Shown here in pieces: positions 1 through 13,019 of a stretch of 64,000 bases of DNA. Location: positions 225,556,001 to 225,620,000 of the forward strand of contig OZ024740.1 of the NCBI GenBank assembly GCA_964016885.1, written 5' to 3'. Numbering within the stretch: the first letter of the stretch is position 1; each line of letters begins with the position of its first letter. A program made the translations under genes and the position numbers. Source of the stretch: Eledone cirrhosa. Lineage: Eukaryota. Under the pieces are notes generated by a model, which was not told the origin of the DNA, made no database searches, and worked only from the letters and a program-made list of their open reading frames with translations.

Positions 1-814
1 CCAGAATCCTTTTTCGCCTGCTTCCTAACTAGCCTAATTTCATACACACTCCTTAGAATTTGCTGTATAGAATTCACTTTCAACGCTTGACCGGCTCCAC
101 TCACTCCCTCATTGTTATACAGGCAAGTTCGGCCACCCCCACCTACAACCCGCTGCCATGAAAGATTTAATTGTGTTTACAAGAAATTTTGACCAATACT
201 TTTGACAACTACAATCTTCCCATATAAGGAATTACCCTTTGCAAAGTTCGGGTATTTATTACCCCGCTAAAAATTCTAATTTAGTCCAGAAATAGCCTCT
301 ACCGATACTGTCAATTCACCAAAGATAATGATGATCATGAGGATGAAAAGCAAATTTAAATTCATCAGAATTTGAACTTAAACAGAAAAAATAAGTGCTA
401 CAAAGCAACTTATCCATCATTCTACCATCTCTTTGAAACTATATTTAAGATTTTCGAATAGTAACAACATCACAACAGCGTATATGTGAGTATTGAATAA
501 CCAATATGCCTCTACCATGTTACGAATTGGAAAACATATCTATTCTTAGTAAAAAATTAAGCTCTGGTGGACAATGTTCCATCTAAATGGATGTATTGTT
601 GTTTTCGAGCTTGTTAAATTGCAGCAAGTGTAATTAAGTAAGTTGTTCAACTGCATAATGTAATGCCTGCAGTGAAAATATTACTGAAATGATAATTATC
701 TTCTTATGTAAAATTATGATACTTTTATATTTTATTCAATAATGTGATAAAGTTACAGTCACTGGGGAACCATACTGTATGATTAACAGTGATTTAGTCT
801 TCTGATGAAATTGC

Positions 815-945
815 ATGAAGCTTAGTGGTTAAGATGTTGGTCTCATGTTTGAATGATCATAGATTCAATGGCTGGATTGGGTAGTATCTTTAAACAAGAG
901 CAACACACTTCATTTTACATTGCTCTAGTCCATTCAGCTGAGCTA
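815..945 (+). mobile_element. Diverged tRNA-head SINE (family 2) fragment
   Basis: gcttagtggttaag...acacttcattttacattgctctagtccattcagctg matches the copies at 14817 and 28716. Confidence 0.55.
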
Positions 946-1049
946 TTTCTATCAAATGGCAATTAATACTTAACAAAACTGGGGTAAGCTCTAAACTGAT
1001 GAGCACCTAGGTTCACGAAAATCTTTAATTTTAAAATCTAGGTTTAACC

Positions 1050-1490
1050 TAAAATCTTGGATAATAACTGAAAGAATACCACTGCAAATACAAGTAGCTG
1101 AAACAGGGTTCCTCCATAGGGTCTTTAATTTAACATTATTCAATAGAGTGCATAGCTTGGAGATCAGAGAGTTGCTCCAGGTAGATCTGATACTTCTCTG
1201 AATTGAGAGATCACAGCTCCAATATTATGGGCATGTGGTTAGAATGTCTCAGAAAAGAATTGCTGAACAGATTTTATGGTCAAAAGCAACTGGCAGGAGA
1301 CCCAGGAGTAAAACCCAAGCAAAACGCCTAGATAACGTCCATGAGCTCAGTTGGTTTTGCTTGGGGATCCAGCTGGATCAGTTTGAAATGGTTGCCTCTG
1401 ACAAGATCCGATGGTTGAAGTGTTTTGGGACTCTGGCCCCTCTTAGGAATAAGTGGGCAAAGAAGAAGGAATGTGATGCAATATGAACCA
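1050..1490 (+). mobile_element. RTE-clade LINE 3' fragment (older subfamily)
   Basis: Translates to SWIITE..QVAE.GFL..V and GHVVRMSQKRIAEQIL..GRRPR, typical of the RTE ORF C-terminus; homologous to 14690-15230 and 30095-30385. Confidence 0.75.
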
Positions 1491-1810
1491 GAATTTGATT
1501 ATAACATCAACTCTACTTCTTTTTCGGAAAAATAAGATTTTATTTAGTCAAAGAAATCATTGTATATATAATTAATTGGTAAATTAGTGAAAGGATAAAT
1601 GCTCAAAGAACTGTGGTGGCGGATTCATTTTCAATTTAACTCTTTTGATACCTAACTCTCTGTAACCACCCCATATTCTATAAGCTCTTTACTTTACAGC
1701 ATTTTAAATTTGTCTAAGTCTTCCATCATAATCTTATGTAAGAACTTTTAAGTTACGTTCCAAAAAACAATTTGATAATGAGAAAATTAGTTATATTACT
1801 AAATCACATT

Positions 1811-2765
1811 CACAAATGATTTGAAACTTACAAGCAATGTCTTTCATAAGAAAAAAATAAGATAAAGATTAAAACGTGTTTTATATGGCTTATTCAAAAG
1901 AGAAAGAGAAGCACCATTGACTTTTTAAAGTCCTCAAAGGGAAGTACATCACACTGAATATAAAGCCCAAATACTTGCAAGCGTTGACTCCATTAAAGAC
2001 ACCCATAGGTCAATTGAAGGATTAAGTCTATGCCCAAGCAAAGCACAGAGTGATTTGAAATTCGAACTAAGAGTCAGTCGAAATATCACAAAGCATCATG
2101 TCCAATTCTCTAATAATACCACCAATCCACTACCTTGGGCTTGTATCTAATTTTATCAGTCCTGAAAATATGAAAATCACACTTGACCATGGCATGTTTT
2201 GCACTCTGATCTCAAAGAGCCAAACAAATACCACCATGCTTTATGACGCATGCTGTAACAAATCTGCCAGTTCACCACAGGTGAAAAAAAACTCATAGGA
2301 TAGGTGGTGTGTTTAAGCCAAGTAACATTAATTTTACCACTCAAAAATAGTAATAGAGATTAGTTTGAACTTTTCATTTATGTTATGGCAGTCTTGCAGG
2401 GAGGTTTGGATATCAGAACATATATTTTACAAATGATTTGAAACGTATAAGCAGCATCTTTCATAAGAAATAAAATAACAAATATTAAAACGTTTTTTTT
2501 TATATGGCTTAATGAAAAAAGAAAGTGAAGCGCCTATGATGTAGTCAAAATCTCAAATGGAAGATTGTTACACTGAAAATAAGTCCTAAATACTTGCAAG
2601 AGTGGGCTCCATAAAATGAAAAAGCACTCATAGGATAAGTGATGTAGTTAAAACAGGCAACATTAATTTTACCACTCAAAAATAGTAATAGTTCCTAGTT
2701 ATACAGTTTTCATCTATGTTACTACTGCTTTGCAGGGTGGTTTCAGTACCAGAACATATATTTTT
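1811..2765. repeat. Old tandem duplication of a ~335-bp unit (1811-1997 plus 2281-2428 vs 2429-2765)
   Basis: Shared anchors acaaatgatttgaaac, tatatggctta, aaatacttgcaag, actcataggata, aacattaattttaccactcaaaaatagtaatag, cagaacatatatttt; the first copy carries a ~280-bp insertion. Confidence 0.85.
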
Positions 2766-3124
2766 CAATTTCTATGAGTCTGACATTTCATACTTATATA
2801 TTAAATCATTATTACTGAACATTATCTGCATTTTCTTTATATATCATTTTGTTTTGAATGTTTTCCAAAATATAGAGACAACACTTCTCTGTTTACGTAT
2901 TTTATATTTATCTTGGCTTTTGAAATGTATCCTCTCCCTCCAAGTGTTTGACCTGGCATAACAGACAAAACACTCATTCTTTCTGCAAAATCTATGAATT
3001 GTATCGATGAGAATCTCCAAACAACAGATAAGTTCTCTGTCTCAAGGGAGATAACATTACACAAATAGAAATGTTTAGAATATTAAGATACATAAAGTGA
3101 CCGGTTGAGTAATTAGAAGTCAAT

Positions 3125-3178
3125 ATATAGATGTATGTGGGAATATATGTCTGTAGATATGGTTGTGTCCATGTTATG

Positions 3179-3214
<36 letters not shown>

Positions 3215-3345
3215 TATATATGTATATATGTTTACATGTATATATGTATATATATCATATATACATGTATATATATATATATATATATACATGTATATAT
3301 ATATATATATATATACATGTGTATATATATGTGTATTTATTTTGT
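3125..3345. repeat. (TA)n/(TATG)n microsatellite
   Basis: Seen directly. Similar tracts at 6410-6530, 6825-7000, 53360-53520 and 54027-54190. Confidence 0.95.
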
Positions 3346-3349
3346 GTAT

Positions 3350-5310
3350 TGTTAAGGTGGATATGGAAAAGATTGATTCATATCTCATTGAATGGTGAGA
3401 GAAATGCGTGAGAAGGATTTGATTATCCTGGTGTTTGCAAGCTGGGAAAGAATACATGGAATAGTCTTTGTTATATTCAGTACTGAAAAATTAAAATATT
3501 TCGTGTGGATTTAAGGAAACGTTTTTGAAATGGAAAAGAATTTTTTTTTCTAGGGTGGAGGGAGAAATGCAGAAGTGATATTTCTATTTAGTTGTTGAAT
3601 GATTACTTTGAAAAATCCATGAACCCTTTTACTAACATATTTCTAATGAATGACACTGCCTATGATTTTGAAAATAATTAAGAATTTTGACAGATTTTGC
3701 AGTATAACTAACTTTTGTATTATAAAGATTATGTTTGGAGCATAGGTTAACCAAGTTTCTTACATAAAATTATGATGCAAAGTTTAAAGAGAAATATGAC
3801 CTCTCTACCATAGAAAAACTGACGTTAAATGATGATGATTCACCCATTAAAATAAATAATGTTGTATCATAGAGCCATGGGCAATTTCAGTCAGGTTAGT
3901 ATATTTGCTTTGCCATGTATTAGTCTAGAACCACAACACAGAGTCATGCAACACTCAGATTATACCATGTGCAGCATGGTAGTTAGTATCAATTCAACAA
4001 ATCAGTTCATATGTAAATGAAGGTAATTCTATCCCTTTCATTACCATATTTAACATTTTTCACTGCTTATAATTTCCAAATGATGTTAAAAACAATTTTT
4101 AAAAAAATAGAAGAATTTAGCAATCTAAATTTCTCATTATCAAACTTCTGTTAGGAACATAAAATAGACAGTTTTATCATAGAACCAGGGGTGGTTTCAG
4201 GCAGTTTAACAACAAAAGGGTTAAAGAAATGAAAAAAAAACATATGCAGTCAGGTTATTCTAAAATGGGGACTAGAGAAATACAAAGTTCAAGAACTAGC
4301 TGTGATCAATGAAGTGTATAACTTGAATGATGAAAGAAGATTTCATTAAATACAATTTTGGTGAAGGCATGTGGCTTTGTGGTTAGAGAATTGGATTTAC
4401 AATCATTCCTAGACTGGGTGATGTGTTTTATGTCCAAGGCACTTCAATTCCTGTTACTACTTCTATTAGGAGTTGCAACCAGTAGATGGTATCAGCAATG
4501 GAAAGACCAATGGAAAAATTGTTTCCTAAGTCTAATTTGATGCACTGCCCCCAACTCAGTAAGGAAATGAGGTCTGGGAATTTGTTGGTCGACTTCCTAG
4601 GCATTGAAAAACCAAAGTAGCTGAGTTAATATAGGTAGAATTATGTAGTAACATAATTGCAGTTTTTTAAATATTAACTACTCAGAGAAAATATTCTTTT
4701 TTCATTGTTATTTTAATGTTAACATATTTTATGCAAGAAGCACAAATGTTTTCAACTTAACAGCCTAGTATTACACAATTGACAATGTTTGACTTACGTT
4801 TACTACTGTCATTTACATCCCTTTCTCTATGTATCAATGACTGTTTACTTTAGCCTGAGTTATTCAGCAAGGCATTGCAAGGAGTTTTCCTGACAATAGC
4901 ATGGGTTAGGGACTGGACATATGGCCATTATTCATTCATCCCAGCTTCGAAGATTAAAAAGTTAACTTAAAATAACTGATTGGGATACAATGCTATTACT
5001 GAATGAATAATAATGTTTTCATTATCCCAAGAAACATAGGAGACGAATATTTTTTCTTTATGTTGGTTTTCAATGATAACATTGAAGACAGTATCTGATG
5101 TGAGATCAACAGAGTTCATTTGAAATTGTGAGTGTGATAAAATTGTTATTTGACGAGGGAATATATTAGTATAAGTAGTTATGTGTCAGTTTGTATTTAA
5201 AGAAGGAAATGTTTACCATTTGATATCAATAAATATTTCCTGATTCTTAGAGTGGAAGCTGCTTATTATAATCACAGCTAAAGTGATCAAATGGTTATTT
5301 TTTATCTAAT
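3350..5310 (-). pseudogene. IR/iGluR-like pseudogene B (N-terminal region and S1)
   Basis: 4798-5305 reads in one frame with few stops and includes LYPNQLF*VNFLIFEAGMNE*WPYV (cf. LFPN..F..NG..L.V.T..WPPF at the S1 start), ending at a GTAAGT donor (4792-4797). GFFKVIIQQLNRNITSAFLPPP at ~3553-3620; [17 protein letters not shown] at ~3360-3412. Confidence 0.55.
4030..4224. mobile_element. Degenerate TTAA-ended MITE-like repeat (piggyBac-like termini)
   Basis: Ends aaagggttaa. Related ttaaccc/ttaactc-starting copies near 1637, 3621, 5353, 46153, 50723 and 55797 share internal motifs. Confidence 0.4.
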
Positions 5311-5687
5311 TTAGTGTCCAAAATATACATAGAATATTGTTAAACATTTTGGTTAATCCTTCCAATCCCAACCGATCTGAACAGTTTCTGGATTTTAGTG
5401 TTTACTTAAATGAAAATATTTCATCTTAATTTTATGAGTAAAAACCTATTTATTCATTCTTGTTCCAAAAGAAGCATAAAAATGAATAAATTGGTTATTT
5501 CACTAAATCCATCTAATTTTTTTAATGTTTTCAAATTTTATTGAATAGGCATTGTATTGTTAGAAATATAGTCACCAAAGAGTTATTGTTATCTAAAAGG
5601 CCTCATATCTAAATCCTCACAGTAAGTAGCTTCTAATGTATTAAAATTATAAAGCAGCAACAGACTGGCAATGGCTGACTTTTCATG

Positions 5688-6150
5688 TCATCATCATCAT
5701 CATCATCATCACCGTTTAACGTCCGTGTTCCACGCTTGCATGGGTTTGGACGGGGGTAGTCCCACTTGAGGCAAGAGTGATTGTCTTGCTCGCATAGGAC
5801 TGTCTGGCAGGTTTTCTACAGTTGGATGCCCTTCCTAACACCAACCACATTTACAGTGTGGGTCTGGGAGGTTTTTACCGTGTTGCCTACACGGCCACAT
5901 TACAGCGTGGACTGTGTGTTTTTTTGTCGTGACACCTACACGATCTCATTTGTTTCGGCCTGGATGGTGTGGCACCAACATAACTTTACATAGAACGGGG
6001 TGGTGTGGATCGGGTGGGGGTGGTGGGAAGGGGGGGGGGGGGGGGGTATTTTGTTGGATGCCTACTGGCTGTAGTAGGTTTTACTATGTATTTAGGTAAG
6101 GCGGGTCTTCTCTGTTACTGAGTACCGCCAAAGGTCTCGGTCCAGTGTCA
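5688..6150 (-). mobile_element. RTE LINE 3' end fragment with (GAT)n tail
   Basis: ggatgcccttcctaacaccaacc motif and (cat)n tail, matching the 3' UTR of the RTE at 35900-39556. Confidence 0.8.
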
Positions 6151-6443
6151 TGTAGATATAATAATTACAAAGGTATATAAGAAACTAAAGCATCCAGCTG
6201 CAGAAACCATCCTCCAAAAGAATGTCAAGGCTGCAACAATTTCACTCATGTAGGTGCCATGATAAAATTCACCCAGTACAATTTTTAAAGTTTGGGAATG
6301 TGTGTAAGCAAGAGATGGCTAAAACCTAATCCTAACTGATTTGGTCTGCCATGACTCATCCAACACTTGATAGCACGGTAAGTAATCATTAAAGGATGTT
6401 ATACATAATACACACACACACACACACAAACACACACATATAT

Positions 6444-6515
<72 letters not shown>

Positions 6516-6949
6516 TTGTGTGTGTGTATAACACAATTTATATTATATAGGAAACAGATCTCAAGCAGACAATATGATGCTGTCAAACTATGGATGCTAA
6601 GAAAGCAATAATATTTAAAATGACATTTAGTTAACATGTCTGTCACATGAACCGTTATTATTCGAGATATTTTGTAAAAAGAAAAGGAAAACCAGCGATG
6701 TTATGAATTATAATATGAAGCGGATTTTATTAACAATGATCAGTTGTTTTGCTAACATTCAGCAAGTTTTGAGGAAACAATAACAAATGCTGACACATTA
6801 TCTCATGAAAAGTTTCACCTGATATATATATTCTGCCATTATATATATATACATATATGTTTGTGTGTGTATGTATGTGATATATATATGTATGTGATAT
6901 ATATATAAATATATATATATATTTATGTGTATATGTTTGAATATATATG

Positions 6950-6999
<50 letters not shown>

Positions 7000-7000
<1 letters not shown>

Positions 7001-7344
7001 ACACAGTCCACGCTGTAAATGTCGCCGTGTAGGCAACACGGTAAAAACCTCCCAGCCCCACACTGTAAATGTGGTTGTTGTTAGGAAGGGCATCCAGCTG
7101 TAGAAAACCCGCCAGACAGTCCACGCTGTAATGTGGCCGTGTAGGCAACACGGTAAAAACCTCCCAGCCCCACACTGTAAATGTGGTTGGTGTTAGGAAG
7201 GGCATCCAACTGTAGAAAACCCGCCAGACAGTCCTATGCGAGCAAGACAACCACTCTTGCCTCAAGTGGGAAAACCCCCGTCCAAACCCATGCAAGCGTG
7301 GAACACGGACGCTAAACCTGATGATGATGATGATGATGATGATG

Positions 7345-7345
<1 letters not shown>
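7000..7345 (+). mobile_element. RTE 3' UTR fragment with an internal ~110-bp tandem duplication and (GAT)n tail
   Basis: Two tandem copies of acagtccacgctgtaa...aggaagggcatcca.ctgtagaaaacccgccag, followed by the RTE tail. Confidence 0.8.
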
Positions 7346-7375
<30 letters not shown>

Positions 7376-8044
7376 TGCTACTGTACGTCTGTATACATAT
7401 ATGTATGTACGTATACATACATACTTACATTTAAGTAAGTGCCGTACTAAGAGTGAGAAATGAAATTTCGTTTTCATTTTATTACAACTATATATATATA
7501 TATTTATATTAATACACACATACAAACACCTGATATATTTCCAGTCAAACATATTCAGGTGTTTGTATATGTGTTTCATCCTGTGTTTGTCTATATATAT
7601 GGTTATGTATATAAGTTCTACTGGAAATATATGTAAGCATCACATATATGAATAAGAATTCTGCTAAATGACTGTCTTTGCAAAATTCATTTTACGAAAC
7701 AGAAATAAAAAGTTTAAATAGGTGAATAGCTTTTAACATTTGATGGAATTGTTAGGGTACCATGCTGTCAGATGACAAGTATTGGGCATTTTATACCTGA
7801 TGGTCAGAATATGGCTGATTTCTGCCACATAAAGAAGAAAGTGAGAGAAATAAAGTGATAAAGAGTACATGACTGGCACTTTATTTATTGAATTTGAAAG
7901 GATGAATAGCAAATTTGACCTTGGCAGGATTTAGAATCTGTGTGCAGCGAGCAGGAACAAGTACTTAGACAATTTTTAATCTGATACCATAATGACTCTG
8001 TCAATTTGCCACCTTTACAAATAATATACTTTTAGGAGGAGGCG

Positions 8045-8335
8045 ATCTAAATTGGACTTCAACGTTTTGCTAATGTTTGAACTAATCCTTTTCTTCTGCT
8101 GCAGCATGAAGAAGTTTACTGCTGATGAGGATGTCATGTTCCAACATTTCATTGTACATCAGAGCTAACCTTCCTTGCTTTCTTGTTTATTATGTTGGTT
8201 CCCATAATAGTACTTAGTCAAATAATTCATGATTACCTCTCTAGGAGTATCCATTGAACATTAGCCTGAATTTAGTTTCAGTTTTTCTTGGGAATGTTTC
8301 TATGTAGATATTCTTGGTTAAGTCCCACAACAGGG
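8045..8335 (-). mobile_element. Possible very old Penelope-like remnant
   Basis: NGYS-like codons at ~8238-8255 and a decayed hammerhead-like end (minus strand CAGAAGA..GCAAAACGTT at ~8060-8098). Weak. Confidence 0.25.
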
Positions 8336-8831
8336 TAGTTTGTTTTCTAAATATACTGATATGTTAAAGATAATGATTTGAGTTTTATATAATTGTTTCA
8401 TTATCTAGACCTGCTTCAGTAATAATGATTGCTGTTCATTCATTTCTAATATATGTTTACATAAATAATATGTTGTGGCAGTGTAAGAGACTTGGTTATT
8501 TAAAATCCATTCAGTCTCTTGCCAAAAATTCTCCTGTAAATCTCCATGTACTGACCTGTTAACTGACATTCCATCTATCACCCTCTTCACTACCATGCTG
8601 GCATAGGCATTTTAATCTGTCGATATTCAGTTAAGTGTCGGTCACTACTCTCCATGGCAATGTCTTCGCTGTTCCATCTGTTTGGCATGGCCAAATCACT
8701 ACTCAGACTGGGGTAGTGTATGTTCTTCCCTCCCTCTCTCTCCCCTTTTCTTTTACTGCTTCATTCTCTTTTCTTCTATTGTTTCTTTCCCTTTCCTTTT
8801 TTGTTTCATTTAAATGTTATTATTTTGTCTA

Positions 8832-9010
8832 TGGATTGACAGTATCGGTAGAGAGTCGGACACCATACTTTGAAGCATAGTTACGTCCCTTTATGATCTG
8901 AGTTCAAATCCCGCCGAGGTTAACTTTGCCTTTCATCCTTACGGGGTCGATAAAATAAAGTACCAGTAATGTACTGGGTAATTGCTGGCCTTGTGCCATA
9001 AGTAGAAACA
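8832..9010 (+). mobile_element. tRNA-derived SINE family 1
   Basis: A/B-box-like cagtatcggtaga and gagttcaaatccc; central gcctttcatccttacggggtcgataaaataaagtacc (resembles a Meta-type SINE domain, from memory); 13-bp TSD attattttgtcta at 8819-8831 and 9011-9023. Confidence 0.9.
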
Positions 9011-9037
9011 ATTATTTTGTCTAACTTTATCTGACAA

Positions 9038-10385
9038 CATCATCATCATCATCATCTTCGTTTAACGTCCATTTTCCACGCTAGCATGGGTTAGATGGGA
9101 GTTGTCCCACTTGAGACAAGGCTGGTCGGGTGACCGTGTCTCACTCATATAGGACTATCTGGCAGGTTTTCTACGGCTGGATGCCCTTCCTAACACCAAC
9201 CACATTTACAGTATGGAACTGGGAACCTTTCACCGTGTTACCTACACGGCCACATTACAGTGTGGACTGTGTGTGTTTATTGTTGTGACACCTACACGAT
9301 CTCGATCTCATTTTCTCGTGCTGTTGGTGGGAGTGGGAGGATAGGGTAGGGGTAGTGGATTGGGGTGTATGTTTGGTTAAGAGGTGCCAACTGACTGCAG
9401 GTTTCGCTTTGTACTTAGGCAAGGCGGGTCTTCTGTATTACTGCGTAGCACCAAAGATCTCGGTCCAGTGACATTGTCTTAGAGAGATGTAAGTGTGTGA
9501 GGTCGGAATTTATCAGATCGTCCCAGGTTTTCTGGGTCTACCGACTCCGTAACTACCATCAATTTTGATCGCCCTGCACATTTTTATGCAGCTGTCGTCT
9601 TTCATGCACATCACATGACCATACCAACGTAGTCTTCTCTAAAGTAAACAGCATCTGATCCCTCTTATTCTTAATTTCTCACTTAGTTCCTTTATGCTTT
9701 GCCGTTCACGTATATTACTATTACATATCCAATGGAGTATGCATGCTTCATTCCTTTCCAGTCTACACAGGTCCTCTGCACGTAATGCCCATGTCTCACT
9801 GCCATGTCGCATTGCTGTTCGTATACAGTCTGCCTTTCATTTTTAGAGAGAAACCTTTTGTGGCCAACAACGGTATAAGCTCTCTGAACTTTTTCCATTC
9901 CATTCTGACTCTGGCTACTGTACTTTCAGAACACCCTCCACCACTGCTGATTTTGTCACCCAGGTAATGGAAGGTGTCACTATTTCTATACAACCATCTG
10001 GGCAATAGAAGGAGCTAGTATCCTTTGAGCACTTGCTACTTATTGCACCTGAGCATTGGCCATATATAAAGTCTACTTTCTTAGATAGGTTACCTGTGAT
10101 CCCACTACATCTTTTATGTACCCATACTTTGCATTTGGGACATAAAATTGAATTTCTGCCTACTCCTTTCCTACACACTGAGCATGGCCATTTCCCTGAG
10201 GGCACCTGTGCCCTATTTTCCTTTCTACAAACTAGAACTTTAGTCTTAGACAAGTTAACTTTAAGGCCTTTTGATTCTAGGCCATGCTTCCATGATTGGA
10301 ATTTCTTTTCTAGTTCAGCCATTGATTCAGTTATGAGCGTTAGATCATCTGCGCATAGGAGTTCCCATATACTTTGGAAATTCAT
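9038..10385 (-). mobile_element. 5'-truncated RTE LINE (RT C-half with zinc finger, 3' UTR, GAT tail)
   Basis: ORF 9915-10385 contains ELLCADDL..GLKVNLSKTK and WPCSVCRKGVGRNSILCPKCKVWVHKRC; ORF 9796-10005 contains FHYLG..ARVRMEWKKF. Confidence 0.92.
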
Positions 10386-11009
10386 TGCCTAAATGAACTA
10401 CAAGACTGAGTGGGAATACTCAGGGTAGTGTTCTACAAGCTAAATTCAAATTATAATTCAAATTACAGGGTAAGTCATAAGTAATTATGCATTTGTATTG
10501 CTAGGTTCACAGATAACATTTTGAACATCCACTTCAAAATGTATTGTGGAACAGGTCAGCTTTTTGAATACTTACTTTGATTTTTTAACTACTTTTGTTT
10601 CATCATCATCATCATCATCGTTTAACGTCCATCTTCCATGCTAACATGGGTTTCGTGTATTTATAATTTTGAATAAATGTTATCATTGGGAATATAAATG
10701 TTGTGCTGCCCGGTTACTTATGACTCACCCTTTCTGAAAAACAATCAACAAATATTATTCTACTATCATTCATTATCAACCTCACACCCTTTATCCATTT
10801 ACCTCTTCCTCTCTCACATCTTCATTACCCAGTAACTCTGAATAAGGTCTGGTGACCCATCCAACCCATTCACCCCATGCTAACATGAAAAACGAATGTA
10901 ATATGATAATGATGCTTCTATGTGTTTTTGCATAGGCACAATTTTTTTTAAATTTAGATGGAGAGAAAGTATTTTCTTTAATTTTTTATAATTATTTATT
11001 TGTTGTTCC

Positions 11010-11546
11010 TTTAGCTTACGTTTGGAAATTAGCTATTATAATGATTCTAATGCAAAGAAGAAGCCATATAACTTAGATTAAATCACTTGAAAGCTAACTA
11101 GGAATTTATTAGTAAATTCAAATTTAATCAGGAACTGATAATGTTTTAACACATTTTTTTTGTGTGTTTTCTTTATTCTATTATAACATGAATATAGTTT
11201 AAATAAATCAAGGAACAAAAGAATTATTCTTTTGAACTAAATTAAAGTTAGATTATAATTATAACTATTATTATTTTTGTTGTTGCTGTTGTTGTTATTA
11301 TTATTAATGTAAAAGTTAAAACTATTATATTTATTATTATCATTATTATTATTATTATTATTAAACTTGGCAATATATTCTATGGCATTAAATTTATGAA
11401 GATCAAATAACAAATTATAGTCTCATTTTAAAGATAAATATATGCAACAAGCATAGTAATAATCATCATCATCAACATCATCATTAGCAGAAGCAGCAGC
11501 AGTAGTAGTGGTGGTGGTGGTGGTATTGGTGTTGATGATGGTAATG

Positions 11547-11594
<48 letters not shown>

Positions 11595-11810
11595 ACGGTC
11601 GTGGTGGTCTCCTTTTGTCATTACCACCATCTCTATTAGTTTTGTGGAATATGGTAAATACATTTTTTTAAAATGAAGTCTGTGTCCATGCTATTGTTGT
11701 GATTTATTCAATATAAAAATAATGAACCTGTTAATTTCTATAATAAATCTGAAAACTGGAAATCCATAAAAAATAACACATTTTTGTGGTAATATGGTTA
11801 TGATATGGAT
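11010..11810 (-). pseudogene. Probable IR-like fragment N (M3, S2 end, M4)
   Basis: CYFLWISSFQIYYRN (~11740-11790), NLVQKNNSFVP*F (~11200-11245) and M4-like LYGFFFALESL (~11040-11072). Confidence 0.4.
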
Positions 11811-11854
11811 AGAGACTTGGCTGTATGGTTAAAAAAGTTGCTTCCTTATCATGG

Positions 11855-12010
11855 CATGGAGGCATATAGCCTAGTGGTAAGGGTGTTGAATTTATGATCA
11901 TAATGTCATGGGTTCGATTCCTGGACTGAGATGTGTATTGTGTTCTTTAGCAAAACACTTCATTTCATGTTGCTCCAGTATATTCAGCTGACAATGAATA
12001 CCAGCAGCAA
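11855..12010 (+). mobile_element. tRNA-head SINE family 2 (CORE-like middle) copy
   Basis: ggaggcatatagcctagtggtaag...ggttcgattcc...gcaaaacacttcatttcatgttgctccag. Confidence 0.7.
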
Positions 12011-13019
12011 TAGTTAGGGGTTTAAAACTGTGATAAACTGGCATCCTACCCAGTGGAGAATCTTTTACTCTTAGTTGCTTCAAAGCCATGGAAACAAGAA
12101 TAAGTACTGGCCTGAAGAGTCTCCATGTTGTTCTGAGTTTGAGCAAATTATGTGGCATCTTGAGCAAGTGTCTTTGCCATAGCCTCAGATTGACTCAGGC
12201 CCTATGAGAGAAATTGGGTAGATGGAGAGGGTATGGAAACACATTGGATGAATTTTACCTGTATATGAAAGGTCAAGCCATGTCATATATTGTGCCATGC
12301 TGATTTAACTTAAGAAATTACATTGATTGAGGGTCTATATGTCTGTGGAATACTCAACCACTTACACATTATTTCCAAAACTGAACATTTAGTTAATTAA
12401 ACAACTAAATACATATGAAATAGATGGATTAATAGCAGTCCAGCTTAAAAAACTTTGTTGAAACATGGAGAAAATATGAGGCAATAGTCATGAAGAGGAG
12501 AATGGGGGGTTCTTAATGAGGCTGTCTGTTGAATAGTTCTTGACTCCAAAGGCTTTTTGAGAGATTCAAGGCGAGCACCTGGTTTCAAAGCTTTTCCATG
12601 TGCTCATGAGTACTTGAGAGCATGTTGGAAACCATACATAAACCCCTCTATATACAGTGGTCCTACAATCTCTGGAGGAAATGTGAGGGAAGACTACAAG
12701 GGCCTTTTGAGAGATTGAAGGAAAATACCTGGATTAAAAAATTCTTCATGTGCTGAAGGGTTCTTGAGAGTTGATATTCTACAGCAGGTGGTAAACCATA
12801 CATAAATCTCTCTCGTAAATCTCTATGAGCATTACCAAATTGCCTGAAACCACCTTGGCTCTCTGCCTGTGTACACATGTACACATGTGTGTGTGTATTG
12901 TACTTCATAATCACAGACCAAGGTCTAGTAGATATATTGCATGTTTTGCATTGCCTTTTTTTCTGAATAAAAAGCTGTGATTTATCTATGTGTATATATG
13001 ATATACTGTTCAATTTTAC

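Larger units (their letters stand above)
430..3100 (-). pseudogene. IR/iGluR-like receptor pseudogene A (S1 end, M1, M3, S2, M4; internal duplication; interrupted by repeats)
   Basis: Minus-strand translation: FLSGKINVACFNYITYPMSAFSFYGAHSCKYLGLIF (~2575-2685; cf. GELVYGKADIAIAPLTIT..R..IDFSKPFMSLGISI); SLSFFIKPY then a hydrophobic M1 (~2440-2530); M3-like SATTVL*AFILSLIYQLIIY (~1560-1625); M4 IRNMVEAYWLFNTHIYAVVMLLLFENL (~445-530). Many stops and frameshifts. Confidence 0.6.
6530..10600 (-). pseudogene. IR/iGluR-like pseudogene C (N-terminal remnant, S1, pre-M1, S2, M4) split by TEs
   Basis: LPCNLNYNLN..RTL (~10430-10485); PTLN*ISTD*NA..VKRVIDG..FWQETEWILNNQV (ORF 8405-8596); GETFHEIMCQHLLLFPQN (~6765-6820; cf. 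GE.F....YGIAFPKGS); M4 FLSIHSLTASYCLLEICF (~6550-6605). Confidence 0.55.

Noticed and set aside
992-1027. Hammerhead-like CTGATGA..GAAA-ATC with TAAA/TTTA flanks
   Set aside because: Stem II pairs poorly, stem III has only a 1-nt loop, and there is no Penelope context; probably chance.
3113-7579. YIYI, poly-C, poly-L and poly-V ORFs in the ORF track (also ~20790-21328, 27150, 40250-40709, 53298, 54463)
   Set aside because: These are translations of microsatellites or antisense frames. Only short non-repetitive parts were used as receptor evidence.
8832-9010. Possible tRNA genes at SINE heads
   Set aside because: The A/B-box-like motifs run into SINE cores and tails, have TSDs and many copies, and I could not build a full cloverleaf.
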